Positions 46,734-58,400 are shown, numbered from the stretch's first letter. The stretch is DNA of 64,000 nt from a bacterium (GCA_017963125.1 JAGCUA010000030.1:21513-85512); one strand, 5' to 3'. The notes: generated by a model from the letters alone, not told the origin. Made by a program: numbers and translations.

Positions 46734-49700
46734 ATGAGACTCTCACAGATTGCTGTTAAAAAGCCTGTAACGATATCGATGATATTCACAGGCATTCTGA
46801 TTTTCGGTCTGCTCGCGTTCTACGCACTCAAACTCGATATCCTTCCTGAAGTCGAATATCCGTCGCTCACAGTTGTTACGATCCTTCCCGGAGCTTCTTC
46901 GGAAGATGTCGAGCAGCAGGTCACTAAACCGCTTGAAAAACAGCTTGCCGGCGTTCCGAAAATCAAATCACTGAAGTCGGTTTCCAAGGAAAACGTCAGC
47001 TTCATCATGCTTGAGTTCAACTTCGGAACAGAGATCGGCGATGCGACAAACGATGTCCGCGACAGGATCGACCCCGTCAAGAAAGTTCTTCCCTCCTACG
47101 CGTACGATCCGGCGATCATCAAAGTCGACAGCTCGATGGTTCCCGTAATCATGTACGGTATCTCGGCGAAAGAAAGCGCGATGGGACTTGCTAAAATCAT
47201 CGACGACAGGATCGAAGGAAGGTTGAAACAGGTCGACGGGATCGGCGGTCTTATCACTCTCGGAGCGCCAAAAAGGGAAATCGAAATAATTGTCGATCCG
47301 GTAAAACTCCGTTCGAGCGGGATTTCTGTCCCGATGATAGCGAAACTCCTCGAAACGCAGAATATTTCAGTCCCCGGCGGCAGCATCAAAACAGGCGGAA
47401 TGGACCTTTCGGTGCGTGTTCCGGCGGAATTCGAGTCGGTCGACGAAATCGGCGAGATCATGATCCCTGCAAAAGACGGCAGCATGGTCAAACTTTCGAC
47501 TCTCGCCGAAATCAGGGACAAACTGAAAGAGCAGGATTTCACAGCCAGCGCTAAAGGAAAGACGATGGCCGTCATCATGACGCAGAAACAGAGCGGTGCA
47601 AACACTCTGGAAGTTGCGAGAAACATCAAGGCGGCTATGGAAGAGATCCGCAAAAATGTTCCATCCGACGTTGTCATCGAAGAACTCAACGACACTTCGG
47701 AAGTCATCGAAATGTCGATAAAAAACCTGGGAACAACTGCGGCTTACGCGGCTATTTTCGTCATTTTAGTCATTCTCGTTTTCCTCAGAGAATGGAGAGG
47801 AAGCCTCATCATTACGCTCACGATCCCCTTCTCGCTCATCATCGGTCTTATTTTCATGTATGTTTTCGGATATACGATAAACATTTTCTCGCTGATGGCA
47901 CTTTCGATCACACTCGGCATGGTCGTCGACAACACGGTCGTCGTATTCGAGAACATCACGCGGCATATCGAGGAAGGCTCGCGTCCGGCAGAAGCGGCGA
48001 TTTTCGGTGCAGGAGAAATGACTTCGGCTATTTCGGCTTCGACTCTGACAACAGTCGCGGTTTTCATCCCGCTCGCTTTTGTAAGCGGAATCGTCGGACT
48101 TCTCTTCAAGCAGCTCGCTTTCGTAGCTTCAGTCACGATCGCGGCATCACTTCTCGTTTCGCTTTCCCTTGCTCCGATGCTGAGTTCGGTTCTAATGAAG
48201 AGAAAAATAAAAGAGAAAAAGCACGGATTCTTGTACAATATTTCAGAGAAGCTCTTCGTTTTCGTCGAAAATGTCTACAAAACACTGCTCGGAATTAACA
48301 TAAAATTCAGATGGCTCGTCGTTATTCTTGTTGCCGCAGTATTCTTCTTCACTATTAAAGCGGGCTTAAGCACTGGAACCGACTACATTCCCGAGTTCGA
48401 TATGGGCGATATGGTTGCAACCGCTGAGCTTGAATCGAGCGTAGATCCTGAGCGCACTGTCGAAGTTGCAAAAAAAATCGAGGAAATCGTCAAAAGGAAC
48501 ATCAATCCCAAAGATGTCAGAACATACTACTCAATTACAGGCCAGACTGACAGCGGTCTTCTTTCGCTTTTCGGATTCTCGGAAGGCAAGAACGTCGCAA
48601 CAATCATGGCAAAAATCGTAAACCGTAACAAACGAACCTATCACATCAAGGAAGTTGCGGCAAAAATCAGAAAAGAAGCTGAAGAAATCCCGGAAGTCGT
48701 TTCGTTCTCGATGAATGCAGGATCGCTTCTCCAGAGCGCAATGCTCGGCTCGAGCAAACCGATCGAAATCAAAATAACCGGTCACGACCTCGACAAACTT
48801 ACCGAAACAAGCGACCACCTTCAGAAAATACTTGAAGAACAGCCTTATTTGCAGGATATCGAGTCTACTGCCGACAGAGGCAAACCCGAAATCACCGTCA
48901 AATTCGACAGGGTTAAACTTGCGAGACTCGGAATCAATGCCGGAATGGCAGCGCTTGCGGTTCGTGAAAGCCTTTACGGAGCTGAATCGGGCGAATACAA
49001 GCAGGACAACGACGAATACAAAATCGTGATCCGCTACAACAAGGAAAAACGCAATAAAATAAGTGACTTGAGAAATATCATGCTCACTTCGGCTACCGGC
49101 GAACTCATTCCGCTCAGCGCAGTCGGAATCATCGAGGAAACAAGCGGTCCGACCAAAATTCTCCACGAGACGCAGCAGAGAATCGTCTATCTGAAACTCA
49201 GTCTCAACAATATTTCGCTCGGAGAAGCTGCGAAAAACGTCACGGAAATCATCAAAAACGAGACTATAGATCCTGATGTTTACATCGAGCTCGGCGGCCA
49301 GGTCGTTGACCAGCAATCAACTTTCGGCGATATGAAGATCCTTTTCCTGATAAGCCTTTTCCTGATTTACGCGATTATGGCGAGCCAGTTCGAATCGCTC
49401 AGGGATCCGTTCATCATCATGTTCACCGTTCCCCTTTCGATTATCGGCGTTATCTGGGCGTTCATCCTCACCGGAACCACTCTGAGCGCGGTAACTTTCG
49501 TCGGAGTCATCATGCTCTTGGGTATCGTCGTCAACAACGGTATCGTTCTTGTTGACTACACCAACCTTCTGCGCGGAAGAGGATACACGATAGTCGAAGC
49601 GATCAAGGAAGGCGGCAGATCGAGGCTCAGACCCGTTCTTATGACGGCGATCACTACTATCATCGGTATGGTTCCGATGGCGCTTAACAACGGCGCCGGT

Positions 49701-49865
49701 TCCGAAATCTGGAAGCCGCTCGGAATCACGGTTATCGGCGGACTTACGGTTTCTACTCTCGTAACGCTGCTTCTTATCCCTGCGATTTATGCAATTATGC
49801 ACACAAGAGAGATGATTAAGGAAGAAAAAGCTGCAAAAGCGGCGGCTGAAGGAGGTGCAAAATGA
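46734..49865 (+). CDS. RND efflux transporter permease (AcrB/MdtB family)
   Basis: 1043 aa; GMVVDN, GIVVNNGIVLVD, RLRPVLMT. Confidence 0.95.
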   Translation: MRLSQIAVKKPVTISMIFTGILIFGLLAFYALKLDILPEVEYPSLTVVTILPGASSEDVEQQVTKPLEKQLAGVPKIKSLKSVSKENVSFIMLEFNFGTEIGDATNDVRDRIDPVKKVLPSYAYDPAIIKVDSSMVPVIMYGISAKESAMGLAKIIDDRIEGRLKQVDGIGGLITLGAPKREIEIIVDPVKLRSSGISVPMIAKLLETQNISVPGGSIKTGGMDLSVRVPAEFESVDEIGEIMIPAKDGSMVKLSTLAEIRDKLKEQDFTASAKGKTMAVIMTQKQSGANTLEVARNIKAAMEEIRKNVPSDVVIEELNDTSEVIEMSIKNLGTTAAYAAIFVILVILVFLREWRGSLIITLTIPFSLIIGLIFMYVFGYTINIFSLMALSITLGMVVDNTVVVFENITRHIEEGSRPAEAAIFGAGEMTSAISASTLTTVAVFIPLAFVSGIVGLLFKQLAFVASVTIAASLLVSLSLAPMLSSVLMKRKIKEKKHGFLYNISEKLFVFVENVYKTLLGINIKFRWLVVILVAAVFFFTIKAGLSTGTDYIPEFDMGDMVATAELESSVDPERTVEVAKKIEEIVKRNINPKDVRTYYSITGQTDSGLLSLFGFSEGKNVATIMAKIVNRNKRTYHIKEVAAKIRKEAEEIPEVVSFSMNAGSLLQSAMLGSSKPIEIKITGHDLDKLTETSDHLQKILEEQPYLQDIESTADRGKPEITVKFDRVKLARLGINAGMAALAVRESLYGAESGEYKQDNDEYKIVIRYNKEKRNKISDLRNIMLTSATGELIPLSAVGIIEETSGPTKILHETQQRIVYLKLSLNNISLGEAAKNVTEIIKNETIDPDVYIELGGQVVDQQSTFGDMKILFLISLFLIYAIMASQFESLRDPFIIMFTVPLSIIGVIWAFILTGTTLSAVTFVGVIMLLGIVVNNGIVLVDYTNLLRGRGYTIVEAIKEGGRSRLRPVLMTAITTIIGMVPMALNNGAGSEIWKPLGITVIGGLTVSTLVTLLLIPAIYAIMHTREMIKEEKAAKAAAEGGAK

Positions 49866-50182
49866 AATTCGTATATGTAAGCTGCAATATTTCCAAACTC
49901 GAACAGCTGACAGAAGAAATCAGGAATCTCGGAATAAAGACTTTCCAGATCGTTGAAGACACGGCAGGCTCTTTCGATAACGGCAACCCGAGAATGAATA
50001 CTTCGGTATGGCCCGGCACGAACGCAGTCGTTTTTCTTCAGGTAACGCCTGAAAAATGCGCCGAAATGCTTGCAACTATCCGCAGAATGAACAAGGAAAT
50101 CGTGAACGAGAACGAACGGATCCTTGCGGCATCATGGGAATGTGAAGATTATGTCTATTCTGATGAAGAGAAGGAGGCATAA
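49862..50182 (+). CDS. PII-like transporter-associated protein (PG0541 type)
   Basis: G.P.M.T.VWPG.N motif; 4-bp overlap with the RND gene. Confidence 0.7.
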   Translation: MKFVYVSCNISKLEQLTEEIRNLGIKTFQIVEDTAGSFDNGNPRMNTSVWPGTNAVVFLQVTPEKCAEMLATIRRMNKEIVNENERILAASWECEDYVYSDEEKEA

Positions 50183-50183
50183 G

Positions 50184-51560
50184 ATGAAAAAATCAATAAT
50201 CTCAATAATTTGTTCGCTGTTGGTAATTTCTCTCAATCTGACTGCAGAAGAACTCGGCATCGACGAGATCATCTCGATCGCGATAGAAAACAGCGAGGCG
50301 ATAAAAGCCGAAGACTCGAAATCCGGCAAAGACGAATACGAGAAGAAAGCCGTTTTCATGCGCTTCTTCCCTACGATCTCGCTCGAAGCGAAACTTCTGA
50401 AACTTGAATACTTCCCTGAACCCGACAAACTCACGGTAGATTTATCGCCGATGGTAGGAATGCTCGAACAGTCGATCAACGATTCCATTCCGCTTCAGAT
50501 TGACCTTCCCAATCAGCTTCCTCCGATGGAAATCGATCTCGGTGTCCCGACTCACCAGAGAACTCTTGATCTGACAGTCGTCCAGCCGCTCACTCCGCTC
50601 TGGGGGATCTATCACGGCTACAAAGCGCTTGAACTGAAATCGGAGATCACAAAGCTCAAGTCGAAACTCACGAAAGACAAAATCAAGCTTGAAATCGTCA
50701 AAATCTACAACTCCTACAACATGCTGAGCGACATTCTGAAACTTCTTGACGAATCGTTCGAACAGCTTGACCGCTACGAGAAAAATGCAGAGAAATTCCA
50801 CAAAGCGGGACTTATCGACGAAACCGCGCTCTACAAAATCAAAGTCGAAAGAGCAGCTCTCGAAGTCGAAAAAGAGAAATATCTCGGAAACCAGTCGGTC
50901 ATCAAAGCGGCTCTGGCGATGTTTATGAACCGCGACGAAGAGAGTTTTGAAATCAAATACGACAAACCGGAATTCCGCGAAATCACAAAAAGCGAGGATG
51001 AAATCATCGAAGCCCTGGCAAGCAACAGGACCGAAATGCACATGCTCGACAAAAACAATGAAATCCAGGAACATCTCAACAAAAGGGCGATCCAGAACTT
51101 CATCCCGCAGGTGGGACTTACTTTCGGGTTCAAGAAAAACTGGGATTCCACACTGATAAATCCTGAAGGAGTAATGTTCTTCGGCGCGGTCGCAAGATGG
51201 GAATTCGGCTTCGACACGGCGAGACAGTATTACGAATATCAGGCTGTAAAAGCATCGTCGGTTTCAACCGAGCTTACCAACATCAAGCTCAAAAAGGACA
51301 TGACGCTGCAGGTCAAAAAACTGATGGCCGACATCAAAGTTCTCGAAAAAGCGCTTGAGCAGAACAAAACCCAGATCGAATCGGCCGAAGTGACACGCAA
51401 GATACAGGAAGCGAAATACGAAAAGCAGATGACCACCGAAACCGAACTTCTGAACGCGCAGCTCATGGTCAAGAAATCAAAAACCGAAGAGATCGCAAAC
51501 CTTTACAAATACAAAACAGCTCTCGACGAACTTGCGATAATCACCGGAAGCGAATTGTAA
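50184..51560 (+). CDS. TolC-family outer membrane efflux protein
   Basis: Signal peptide; FFPTISL and FIPQVGL strands; helical repeats; last gene of the RND operon. Confidence 0.85.
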   Translation: MKKSIISIICSLLVISLNLTAEELGIDEIISIAIENSEAIKAEDSKSGKDEYEKKAVFMRFFPTISLEAKLLKLEYFPEPDKLTVDLSPMVGMLEQSINDSIPLQIDLPNQLPPMEIDLGVPTHQRTLDLTVVQPLTPLWGIYHGYKALELKSEITKLKSKLTKDKIKLEIVKIYNSYNMLSDILKLLDESFEQLDRYEKNAEKFHKAGLIDETALYKIKVERAALEVEKEKYLGNQSVIKAALAMFMNRDEESFEIKYDKPEFREITKSEDEIIEALASNRTEMHMLDKNNEIQEHLNKRAIQNFIPQVGLTFGFKKNWDSTLINPEGVMFFGAVARWEFGFDTARQYYEYQAVKASSVSTELTNIKLKKDMTLQVKKLMADIKVLEKALEQNKTQIESAEVTRKIQEAKYEKQMTTETELLNAQLMVKKSKTEEIANLYKYKTALDELAIITGSEL

Positions 51561-51582
51561 TTGGCGCCGCAAGTCGTGTCGA

Positions 51583-51614
51583 TATACCGTGATACCGTTA
51601 TAACGTTATACCGA
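51583..51614. repeat. 4 x 8-bp intergenic tandem repeat
   Basis: tataccgt-gataccgt-tataacgt-tataccga. Confidence 0.6.
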
Positions 51615-51686
51615 GCGGCGCTAAAAATTGTTTTCTTTTCTTTTTTTCCTTAAAATCCTGCGTTTCTTGATTGTTTTGGAGGTAAT

Positions 51687-52109
51687 ATGAAAAGAGTTTT
51701 TGTTATTTTTCTTGTCGTTATTTCGGTCGCAGCAGTTGTTTATGCGGCGGTTTCAATGAAAAAAATGTCAGCGAAAGATGCGGAAATCGCTTCTCTCAAG
51801 GCTGAAAAGATCGCACTTCTTTCGGAGCACGAAGAGTGCCTGACCTACAAGGAACAGTCGCTCAAGAAAGAGCTTCTTACAAAGTATCTCGATTCGATCG
51901 TCATCCTTCTAAACAGGATCGATGCAGGACATATGCCGACGAAAGATGAAATCGACAACTTCTATGACAGGACCGATTTTATTATAAAAAACATAGGTTC
52001 TGCCGCAGTTTCAAAAGAAGAGACGAACCTTGTTCTGACTTTCATAGATTCGGCTAAAAAAACATTCGAGACAAAAATACAGGCGTCACCTGAAAAGGAT
52101 AAGAAGTGA
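51687..52109 (+). CDS. Hypothetical membrane-anchored helical protein
   Basis: GGAGG RBS; N-terminal hydrophobic helix; host-like codons. Confidence 0.7.
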   Translation: MKRVFVIFLVVISVAAVVYAAVSMKKMSAKDAEIASLKAEKIALLSEHEECLTYKEQSLKKELLTKYLDSIVILLNRIDAGHMPTKDEIDNFYDRTDFIIKNIGSAAVSKEETNLVLTFIDSAKKTFETKIQASPEKDKK

Positions 52110-52177
52110 ATTTTCTTGAAAATAAATTCCTTATATAGTATAGGGCGGTGTTTTTGAACCTTTGAGAGGAGATTTTT

Positions 52178-53365
52178 ATGGGCAAATACAGCAATTTAGT
52201 GAAAAACCTCGGAACAGACACGGATAAAATCAAGTTTACTTTCATAAAAGGAAAGTATTCCGGCGGTGAATTTTCCATCCGCGACGGCCAGAGACTTTCT
52301 ATCGGCCGCGATATTTCTTCCGATGTTGCTATCGTCGATTCAAAAGTCAGCCGCAGCCACGCTTCGATAACGGCTCGTGACGGCAAACTCTTCATCGAAG
52401 ACCACAACAGCACGAACGGAACTTATGTCAACGGCGAAAAACTGAGTCCTTCGACAGAAACGGAACTCAAAATCGGATCGAACTTCTCAGTCGGTGATTC
52501 GACGATTCTTGTCGGCGATGAGGCGGCTCCGAACGAAAATGCTCCTGAAGTATCCTTCAAGGAAAACAGTTTCACCAAGGCAAGGAAATCCCAGGAAAAG
52601 ACGATCGAAACCGTTCCGCAACCCGCTGAAGATGAAGAAGAGGCTTTCACGCTTGATGAATCACTCCAGATAATCACTCCTGACCAGCCCGAATCTCAGG
52701 AAAAAGTAAACATCGGCAGACTCAACCTCAAGAAAACGACAAAATCAGATATTGAAAAAGACAACCTTGCAAATGCAAACACTTCATCTACCGGAAGCCT
52801 TTCCGCGATGGATGTTGCAGATCTGCTCAAAATTTTAGCACAGTCTACTTCCGCAGGTTATCTCAAGCTCAATATAACTTCACCTTTTGCAGAACAGATC
52901 GAAGTAACGATCAGTGCTACCGGGATCGTTGCATGCGAATCGATCACGAACAAGAATTTCGCACAGGAAAAAGCTCTTTCCCGCGCACTTCTGGCAAAAG
53001 ACGGCGAATATTCTTTCAAAATCGACAACGCTCCGAAAGACGAAGTCGCAAACAGACAGCTTGAAGATATTTTCATGGAAATTTCCAACCAGAAAGGAAA
53101 TCTTACGAAATACAGAAATATCGCGAATTCCGGCAAACTCGAGTTTGCTAACCCGATCAAAGGAAAACTTTCTGATCTTTCAAAAAACGAGCTCGATACG
53201 CTTCAGTTCATGGTAAATTCAAAGGAAGTCATCAAATATCTCAACTCTTTTGCAGACAACGACGACTTCATTCTTATGTCGGAAATCGTAAAATATATCG
53301 ATTTGGGAATCATTTCCGGCAATAAAAAATTTGACGAACTTTCCGACGACATCATCGATTTTTAG
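52178..53365 (+). CDS. FHA domain + DUF4388-like signalling protein
   Basis: IGRD...VSRSHA...STNGTYVNG (FHA); GSLSAMDVADLLK.L....G.L (DUF4388/PatA-N-like). Confidence 0.8.
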   Translation: MGKYSNLVKNLGTDTDKIKFTFIKGKYSGGEFSIRDGQRLSIGRDISSDVAIVDSKVSRSHASITARDGKLFIEDHNSTNGTYVNGEKLSPSTETELKIGSNFSVGDSTILVGDEAAPNENAPEVSFKENSFTKARKSQEKTIETVPQPAEDEEEAFTLDESLQIITPDQPESQEKVNIGRLNLKKTTKSDIEKDNLANANTSSTGSLSAMDVADLLKILAQSTSAGYLKLNITSPFAEQIEVTISATGIVACESITNKNFAQEKALSRALLAKDGEYSFKIDNAPKDEVANRQLEDIFMEISNQKGNLTKYRNIANSGKLEFANPIKGKLSDLSKNELDTLQFMVNSKEVIKYLNSFADNDDFILMSEIVKYIDLGIISGNKKFDELSDDIIDF

Positions 53366-53368
53366 AAA

Positions 53369-54127
53369 TTGATCCTTCCGGAACAGACAAAAATCATCTA
53401 CATTTGGGGATATCCCCTTGATTTTTCGCTTTCACCTTTTTTTCAGGAACACTGCGCCATTCTGTCCGGCAGACGGATCCTGTACAAAATTTTCAGGGGC
53501 GAAAAAGATGAATTTCTGCATCTTCTGAAAAGCGGAAGATGTATCGGCGCGAATGTCACGATACCGCATAAGATCGAAGCGGCAGGCCTTTGCGGCGAAC
53601 TGACTGAAAAAGCTCAAAAAGCAGGAAGCGTGAATACGATTTTTAAGGCAGAGGGAAAAATAACCGGCGACAATACCGACGGTGAAGGGCTTCTGAAATG
53701 GCTTAAAATCAAAGGCGCTGACCTTGAAAAATGTGCCGTTTTAGGTAACGGCGGCAGCGCACGTTCGATCGCGGCAGCACTTTCCGAAGAAAAATGCGAA
53801 ATCACGATTTTCGGCAGGACCGAAAAAGGCTGGGAAAAAAATTTCGGCTCTTTCCGCAATCTTTCCGAGTGGAAAGACGACTTTCTGACGATAAGCACAC
53901 TGCCTTTCGCAGTCGAAGGCAAAAACGTTATAACCATCGGATATTCCAGCGGAAAAGCATCGATAGATTCACAGATGATGCTTGCTTTTCAGGGCTGGCT
54001 CGGAGCAAAAAGATGGTTCGGAGAAACGCTTCCTGCGGAGGAATTCGCAAAAATAGTGAAACTTCACGCAAAAGCTCAGTCGAATCAGCAACTTATATTA
54101 AATTTTGCAGCAAAAAATGAGATTTAA
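53369..54127 (+). CDS. aroE: Shikimate dehydrogenase (divergent)
   Basis: GYP..FSLSP, GANVTIPHK, VNT, GDNTD..G, LGNGGSAR. Confidence 0.85.
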   Translation: MILPEQTKIIYIWGYPLDFSLSPFFQEHCAILSGRRILYKIFRGEKDEFLHLLKSGRCIGANVTIPHKIEAAGLCGELTEKAQKAGSVNTIFKAEGKITGDNTDGEGLLKWLKIKGADLEKCAVLGNGGSARSIAAALSEEKCEITIFGRTEKGWEKNFGSFRNLSEWKDDFLTISTLPFAVEGKNVITIGYSSGKASIDSQMMLAFQGWLGAKRWFGETLPAEEFAKIVKLHAKAQSNQQLILNFAAKNEI

Positions 54128-55301
54128 TCAGTTTTTGGGAAACATTCTTGCATCTGCTTTGGAAAAACAAAACAGCGGCGACAAATACGACATTCTTCTG
54201 AACGATATTTTTAAGTCGAAAAGACTCGGAAAGCGCGACAGGATCTGGGTTTCAGACCGCTTTTTCTTCTATTTGAGGCATAAACTTTTTTTCGATGAAG
54301 TCTCGGAAAATCCTGAAATCTGCGCAAAAAACATTGCGATGGTTTTTGAAGACGAACCTGACGAAACTTTGAGCGGAAAAATAGAAAATCTGAAAAAAAG
54401 CGGAACTTACGGCAGACTTTTCAACGAATCTTTCTCTGAATTTTTAGCCAATGAAATCAGCAACTTACACAGAAAAGAGGCTTTTGAATGGTTCAATTCT
54501 AAGGCAAAGACTCATCTGCGTACCAATCTGGCAAGAATTTCACGCGTTGAACTTTCGGCAAGACTTGAAAACGAAGGTTTCGCAAATTCTCCCGCCCCGC
54601 TCTCCCCTGCCGGGATAATTCTTGAACCGACAAATAAAAGCCTTAAAAATTCGGAACTTTTTGAAAAAGGTTTTTTCGAGTTCCAGGACGAATCAAGCCA
54701 GCTCGCGTCGCTTTTAGTGAACAAAAACACCAAAACCCTGCTTGAACCGTGCGCCGGCGGCGGCGGAAAATCGCTATCTATTGCCTCTTTTTTCAAAAGT
54801 ATCGAAATCACGGCAAGCGATTCAAGAACGCACCTTTTCAAAGAGATCAAAGAGCGTGCAACACGCGCCGGAACAAGAATAAAAACAGCAGCATTTCAGG
54901 ATATAAGTGACAGTTTCGACACAGTTTTCATCGATTCCCCTTGCAGCGGAAGCGGTGTAATCAGGCGCAATCCCGGAGACCGCTGGAAAATTGATGAAAA
55001 AATGCTTTCAGACCTCAACAATTTGCAGAAAGAACTCATTCAGAAATTCTCTGAAAAGGTGAAAACCGGCGGTGAACTTATTTATGTCACATGCAGTTTC
55101 CTTAGATGCGAAAACGAAGAAATCATCAAAGATTTTCTCAATAAAAACAAAGACTTTTCTTTAATTCCGGCAAAAGGACGCCTTCTTGAAAATCTCGGCA
55201 GCGAAGAACTTCTTTCCGAAATCACGGACGGAGATTTCCTTAAAATCAAACCGGGGCACGAACGCGACTTAATGTTCGGCGCGGTAATGAAGCGGAATTA
55301 A
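54117..55301 (+). CDS. RsmB/NOP family RNA m5C methyltransferase
   Basis: QDESSQ, CAGGGGKS, DSPCSGSG..RRNP, YVTCS..ENE. Confidence 0.9.
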   Translation: MRFNQFLGNILASALEKQNSGDKYDILLNDIFKSKRLGKRDRIWVSDRFFFYLRHKLFFDEVSENPEICAKNIAMVFEDEPDETLSGKIENLKKSGTYGRLFNESFSEFLANEISNLHRKEAFEWFNSKAKTHLRTNLARISRVELSARLENEGFANSPAPLSPAGIILEPTNKSLKNSELFEKGFFEFQDESSQLASLLVNKNTKTLLEPCAGGGGKSLSIASFFKSIEITASDSRTHLFKEIKERATRAGTRIKTAAFQDISDSFDTVFIDSPCSGSGVIRRNPGDRWKIDEKMLSDLNNLQKELIQKFSEKVKTGGELIYVTCSFLRCENEEIIKDFLNKNKDFSLIPAKGRLLENLGSEELLSEITDGDFLKIKPGHERDLMFGAVMKRN

Positions 55302-55306
55302 AATCC

Positions 55307-55363
55307 CGTCATTCTGAGCGGGCGAAGAATCTAAGAGATGTTTCACATCCGTTTGACATGACG
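55307..55363. repeat. REP-like extragenic palindromic element
   Basis: CGTCATTCTGAGCG.GCGAAGAATCT...GAGAT...CATGACG; terminal CGTCAT/ATGACG arms. Confidence 0.6.
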
Positions 55364-55433
55364 TATTTTATTGAATTCATTTTCAAAATTCCTAAAATAT
55401 AACGTTTTTTATTTGTTGTCACAGGAGATCGTC

Positions 55434-58400
55434 ATGAAAAAACTCCTTCTTTTACTTATCACTCTGATATTTTTGGCCGTTTCGTGCAGCAGCTCGAAAA
55501 AGGCGGAAAATGATGCAGATATTCTGCCGGATGAAGACGAAATCAATGACGAAGATGCAGTTGAGCCGGATGAAGATGAAGAAGCGGATGACGAGAAAGA
55601 AAATGATGAAGATGAAGAAGAAATTGATGACGGAAATCCGTGCAATCTTATTGAAAATTCCGACGGCAAATATACCGGCGTCTCAAATGAAGAATTCAAA
55701 TGCGGCTGCAACGAAGGTTACTTCTGGGCCAATCCCGGTTGCAAAAAGACGACTTACGCAAATATCTGCACCGGTCAGGAGTACTGTTGCGACAATTCTG
55801 GAGTGATCGACTGTCCGAAACCCGGAGAAGATTACTACGGGCAGGATCCGCAGTATGCGGCTCTCGGATACTGCACAAACAGCAGTTTTAAAATCGACAA
55901 ATCTGTTAAAAACGAGGAAACGGTCAAGGACGAGAATCTTAAAATCGAATGGATGAGAACAAGCACGGAATCGACATATACATGGGAAGAAGCAGTCGAA
56001 TACTGCGAAGATCTGGAATACGGAGGGCATGACGACTGGCGTCTTCCGAATCCTAAAGAGATGCTTTTCTCAACTTTGTCTCCCAAAATGCTTGATACCG
56101 ACAGGAACTTTTGGAGCGGAACACCTAAGCATTCTGACAGTACCAGCGCATGGGTGCTTTATAACAACGGGGAAGACATAACCGTCAGGACATGGTCAAA
56201 AACGAGCTCGCTTTATGTCCGCTGCGTAAGGGAAGAAGCTCCGTCAGAACCCGTGTTCAAGGTTTTTGAAATAGCCGGAGATAAAATAGTTCGTGATATG
56301 GACAGCGGTCTTGCATGGATAGAAAAACCCGTAAAAGCCTCATCGTGGAAGGACTCGCTTGCCTACTGCGAGAACCTTGACTATGCCGGATTTTCAGACT
56401 GGAGAATTCCCAATATACACGAACTTATCTCGATTACGGATCACAGGAAATCAAATCCGGCGACAGCTTTTCCGGATGCGGACAGCAGTTTTGCCAAAGA
56501 TATGATTTCATCTACGACATACCGCTATACATGGGGAGATTTCAGCAAGTCATTCAAAAACATCTCATTTGATACAGGAAGAAACGACAGAGCACTGAAA
56601 CAAGAGGATACCGGTTTTTACTATTATGCGCTGTGTGTCCGAAACGAACCGTGCAGAGAACATTACTGGTGGAACGGAGAAAAATGCCTCAAAGATCCCT
56701 GCAAAAACGAACCCTGCAGAAACGCCGAACATTCAAACAAAATGTGCAACAACATCAATTTTAACGATTATTCATGCGAATGTGATGAAAACTACTTCTG
56801 GGACGGCCAAAAGTGCGTTTCTCCGTGCGAATCGAATCCGTGCGAAAACGACAAAAATTCAGACAAAGTCTGCACTGCTCATGATACAGAGCAGTACTCA
56901 TGCGGATGTGCCGACAGCTTTTACTGGAACGGGGAGAAGTGCACTTCTCCGTGCGAGTCGAATCCGTGCATAGAAGACAAGCATTCAAACGGATCGTGCA
57001 TAGTTTCAGCTATCGACATGTACGAATGCGGCTGCATCGACGGATACTTGTGGAACGGCGTCAAGTGCGTCGATCCGTGTGCCGGCATCAACTGCGGAGA
57101 TTTTGAACATGCAGCGGGGACATGCAAACCGGACAACGCCGTTATTTTCAGATGCGATTGCGAGGAAGGATATTACTGGTGGGGCAATAAAAAACAGTGT
57201 CTCGCAAAGAAACCTGCTTCTGCAAATGTCTGCACAGGTCAGAACAAGTGTTACGACAACAAAAAAGAGATCCCCTGCCCTGCCGAAAACGAGAATTTTT
57301 TCGGCCAGGATGCCAACTATGCAAGGCTTGGATACTGCATTCCTCAGAGTTTTTCTATCGATAATTCAGTCGAAAACGAGCCTGTCGTAGTTGACAACAA
57401 TACCGGAAATATATGGCAGAGAAATATCCCCCCGCTTGAAACTCTTTATAGTGAAGATGTCAGCAAATACTGCGAAGATCTCAATTACGGCGGTTATGAC
57501 GACTGGACACTGCCGAGCGTAGAAGATTTTATGACTATTGCCGATTACGGCAGATACAATCCGGCCATCAAAACCGAATATTTTCCCGACTATAAAAATT
57601 TCTGGACCTCTTCCGGCAGTTCAAGCGGTTCTGGAGGAGGTATTGACAATCACGGTTATTATTCGGTCTACGGCTATACTGCAATATTTGATTTCACGGA
57701 ACCTTCCACATCTTACGTACAGACATATTATTACGACAATTACAGCACGGGCGTTGACACTTACTATGCATACGCATTCAACATCCGCTGTCTACGCAGA
57801 AACAGTGTCACAATTCCTCCGCGCTATTTCACTTCAAAAACTTTCGGCAGCAGCGTGACGTGGAACAACTACAACGATCTTATCTTTGCGGAAAAAACGG
57901 GAAACGAACTTTCGTGGTCTGAAGCTATGAAATACTGCTCTGAACTTGATTATGCCGGGATATCGGACTGGAGACTGCCGAATGTGAAAGAGCTCTTTTT
58001 CAATTCGAAACGCGGTTTCCACTCATCGACGACGGCACTCTCTGACATAAATTACGACTATTCATCCAAAACAGAAGGCTATGTAGTCTACCAGCACTCG
58101 AAAGAAAGCCGGCTGACCGGCACTTTCTGCGTAGCGAACGACCCGTGTGAAAACGGATTGTTCTGGAACGGTGAAAAATGTGCGAAAAATCCGTGTGTAA
58201 AAGATCCGTGCAAATATGACACCAATTCCGACAGGATATGCACCGTTTTGGATGAAGAAAACTATTCATGCAACTGCAACAAGAACTACAAATGGAGCCC
58301 AGAAAAACTGCAATGCGTCCGCACTTGTCAGGACAATCCGTGCAGCTCTTATTCAAACAGCGACAAACAGTGCTATGATGACGATGTCGAAGGATTCTAC

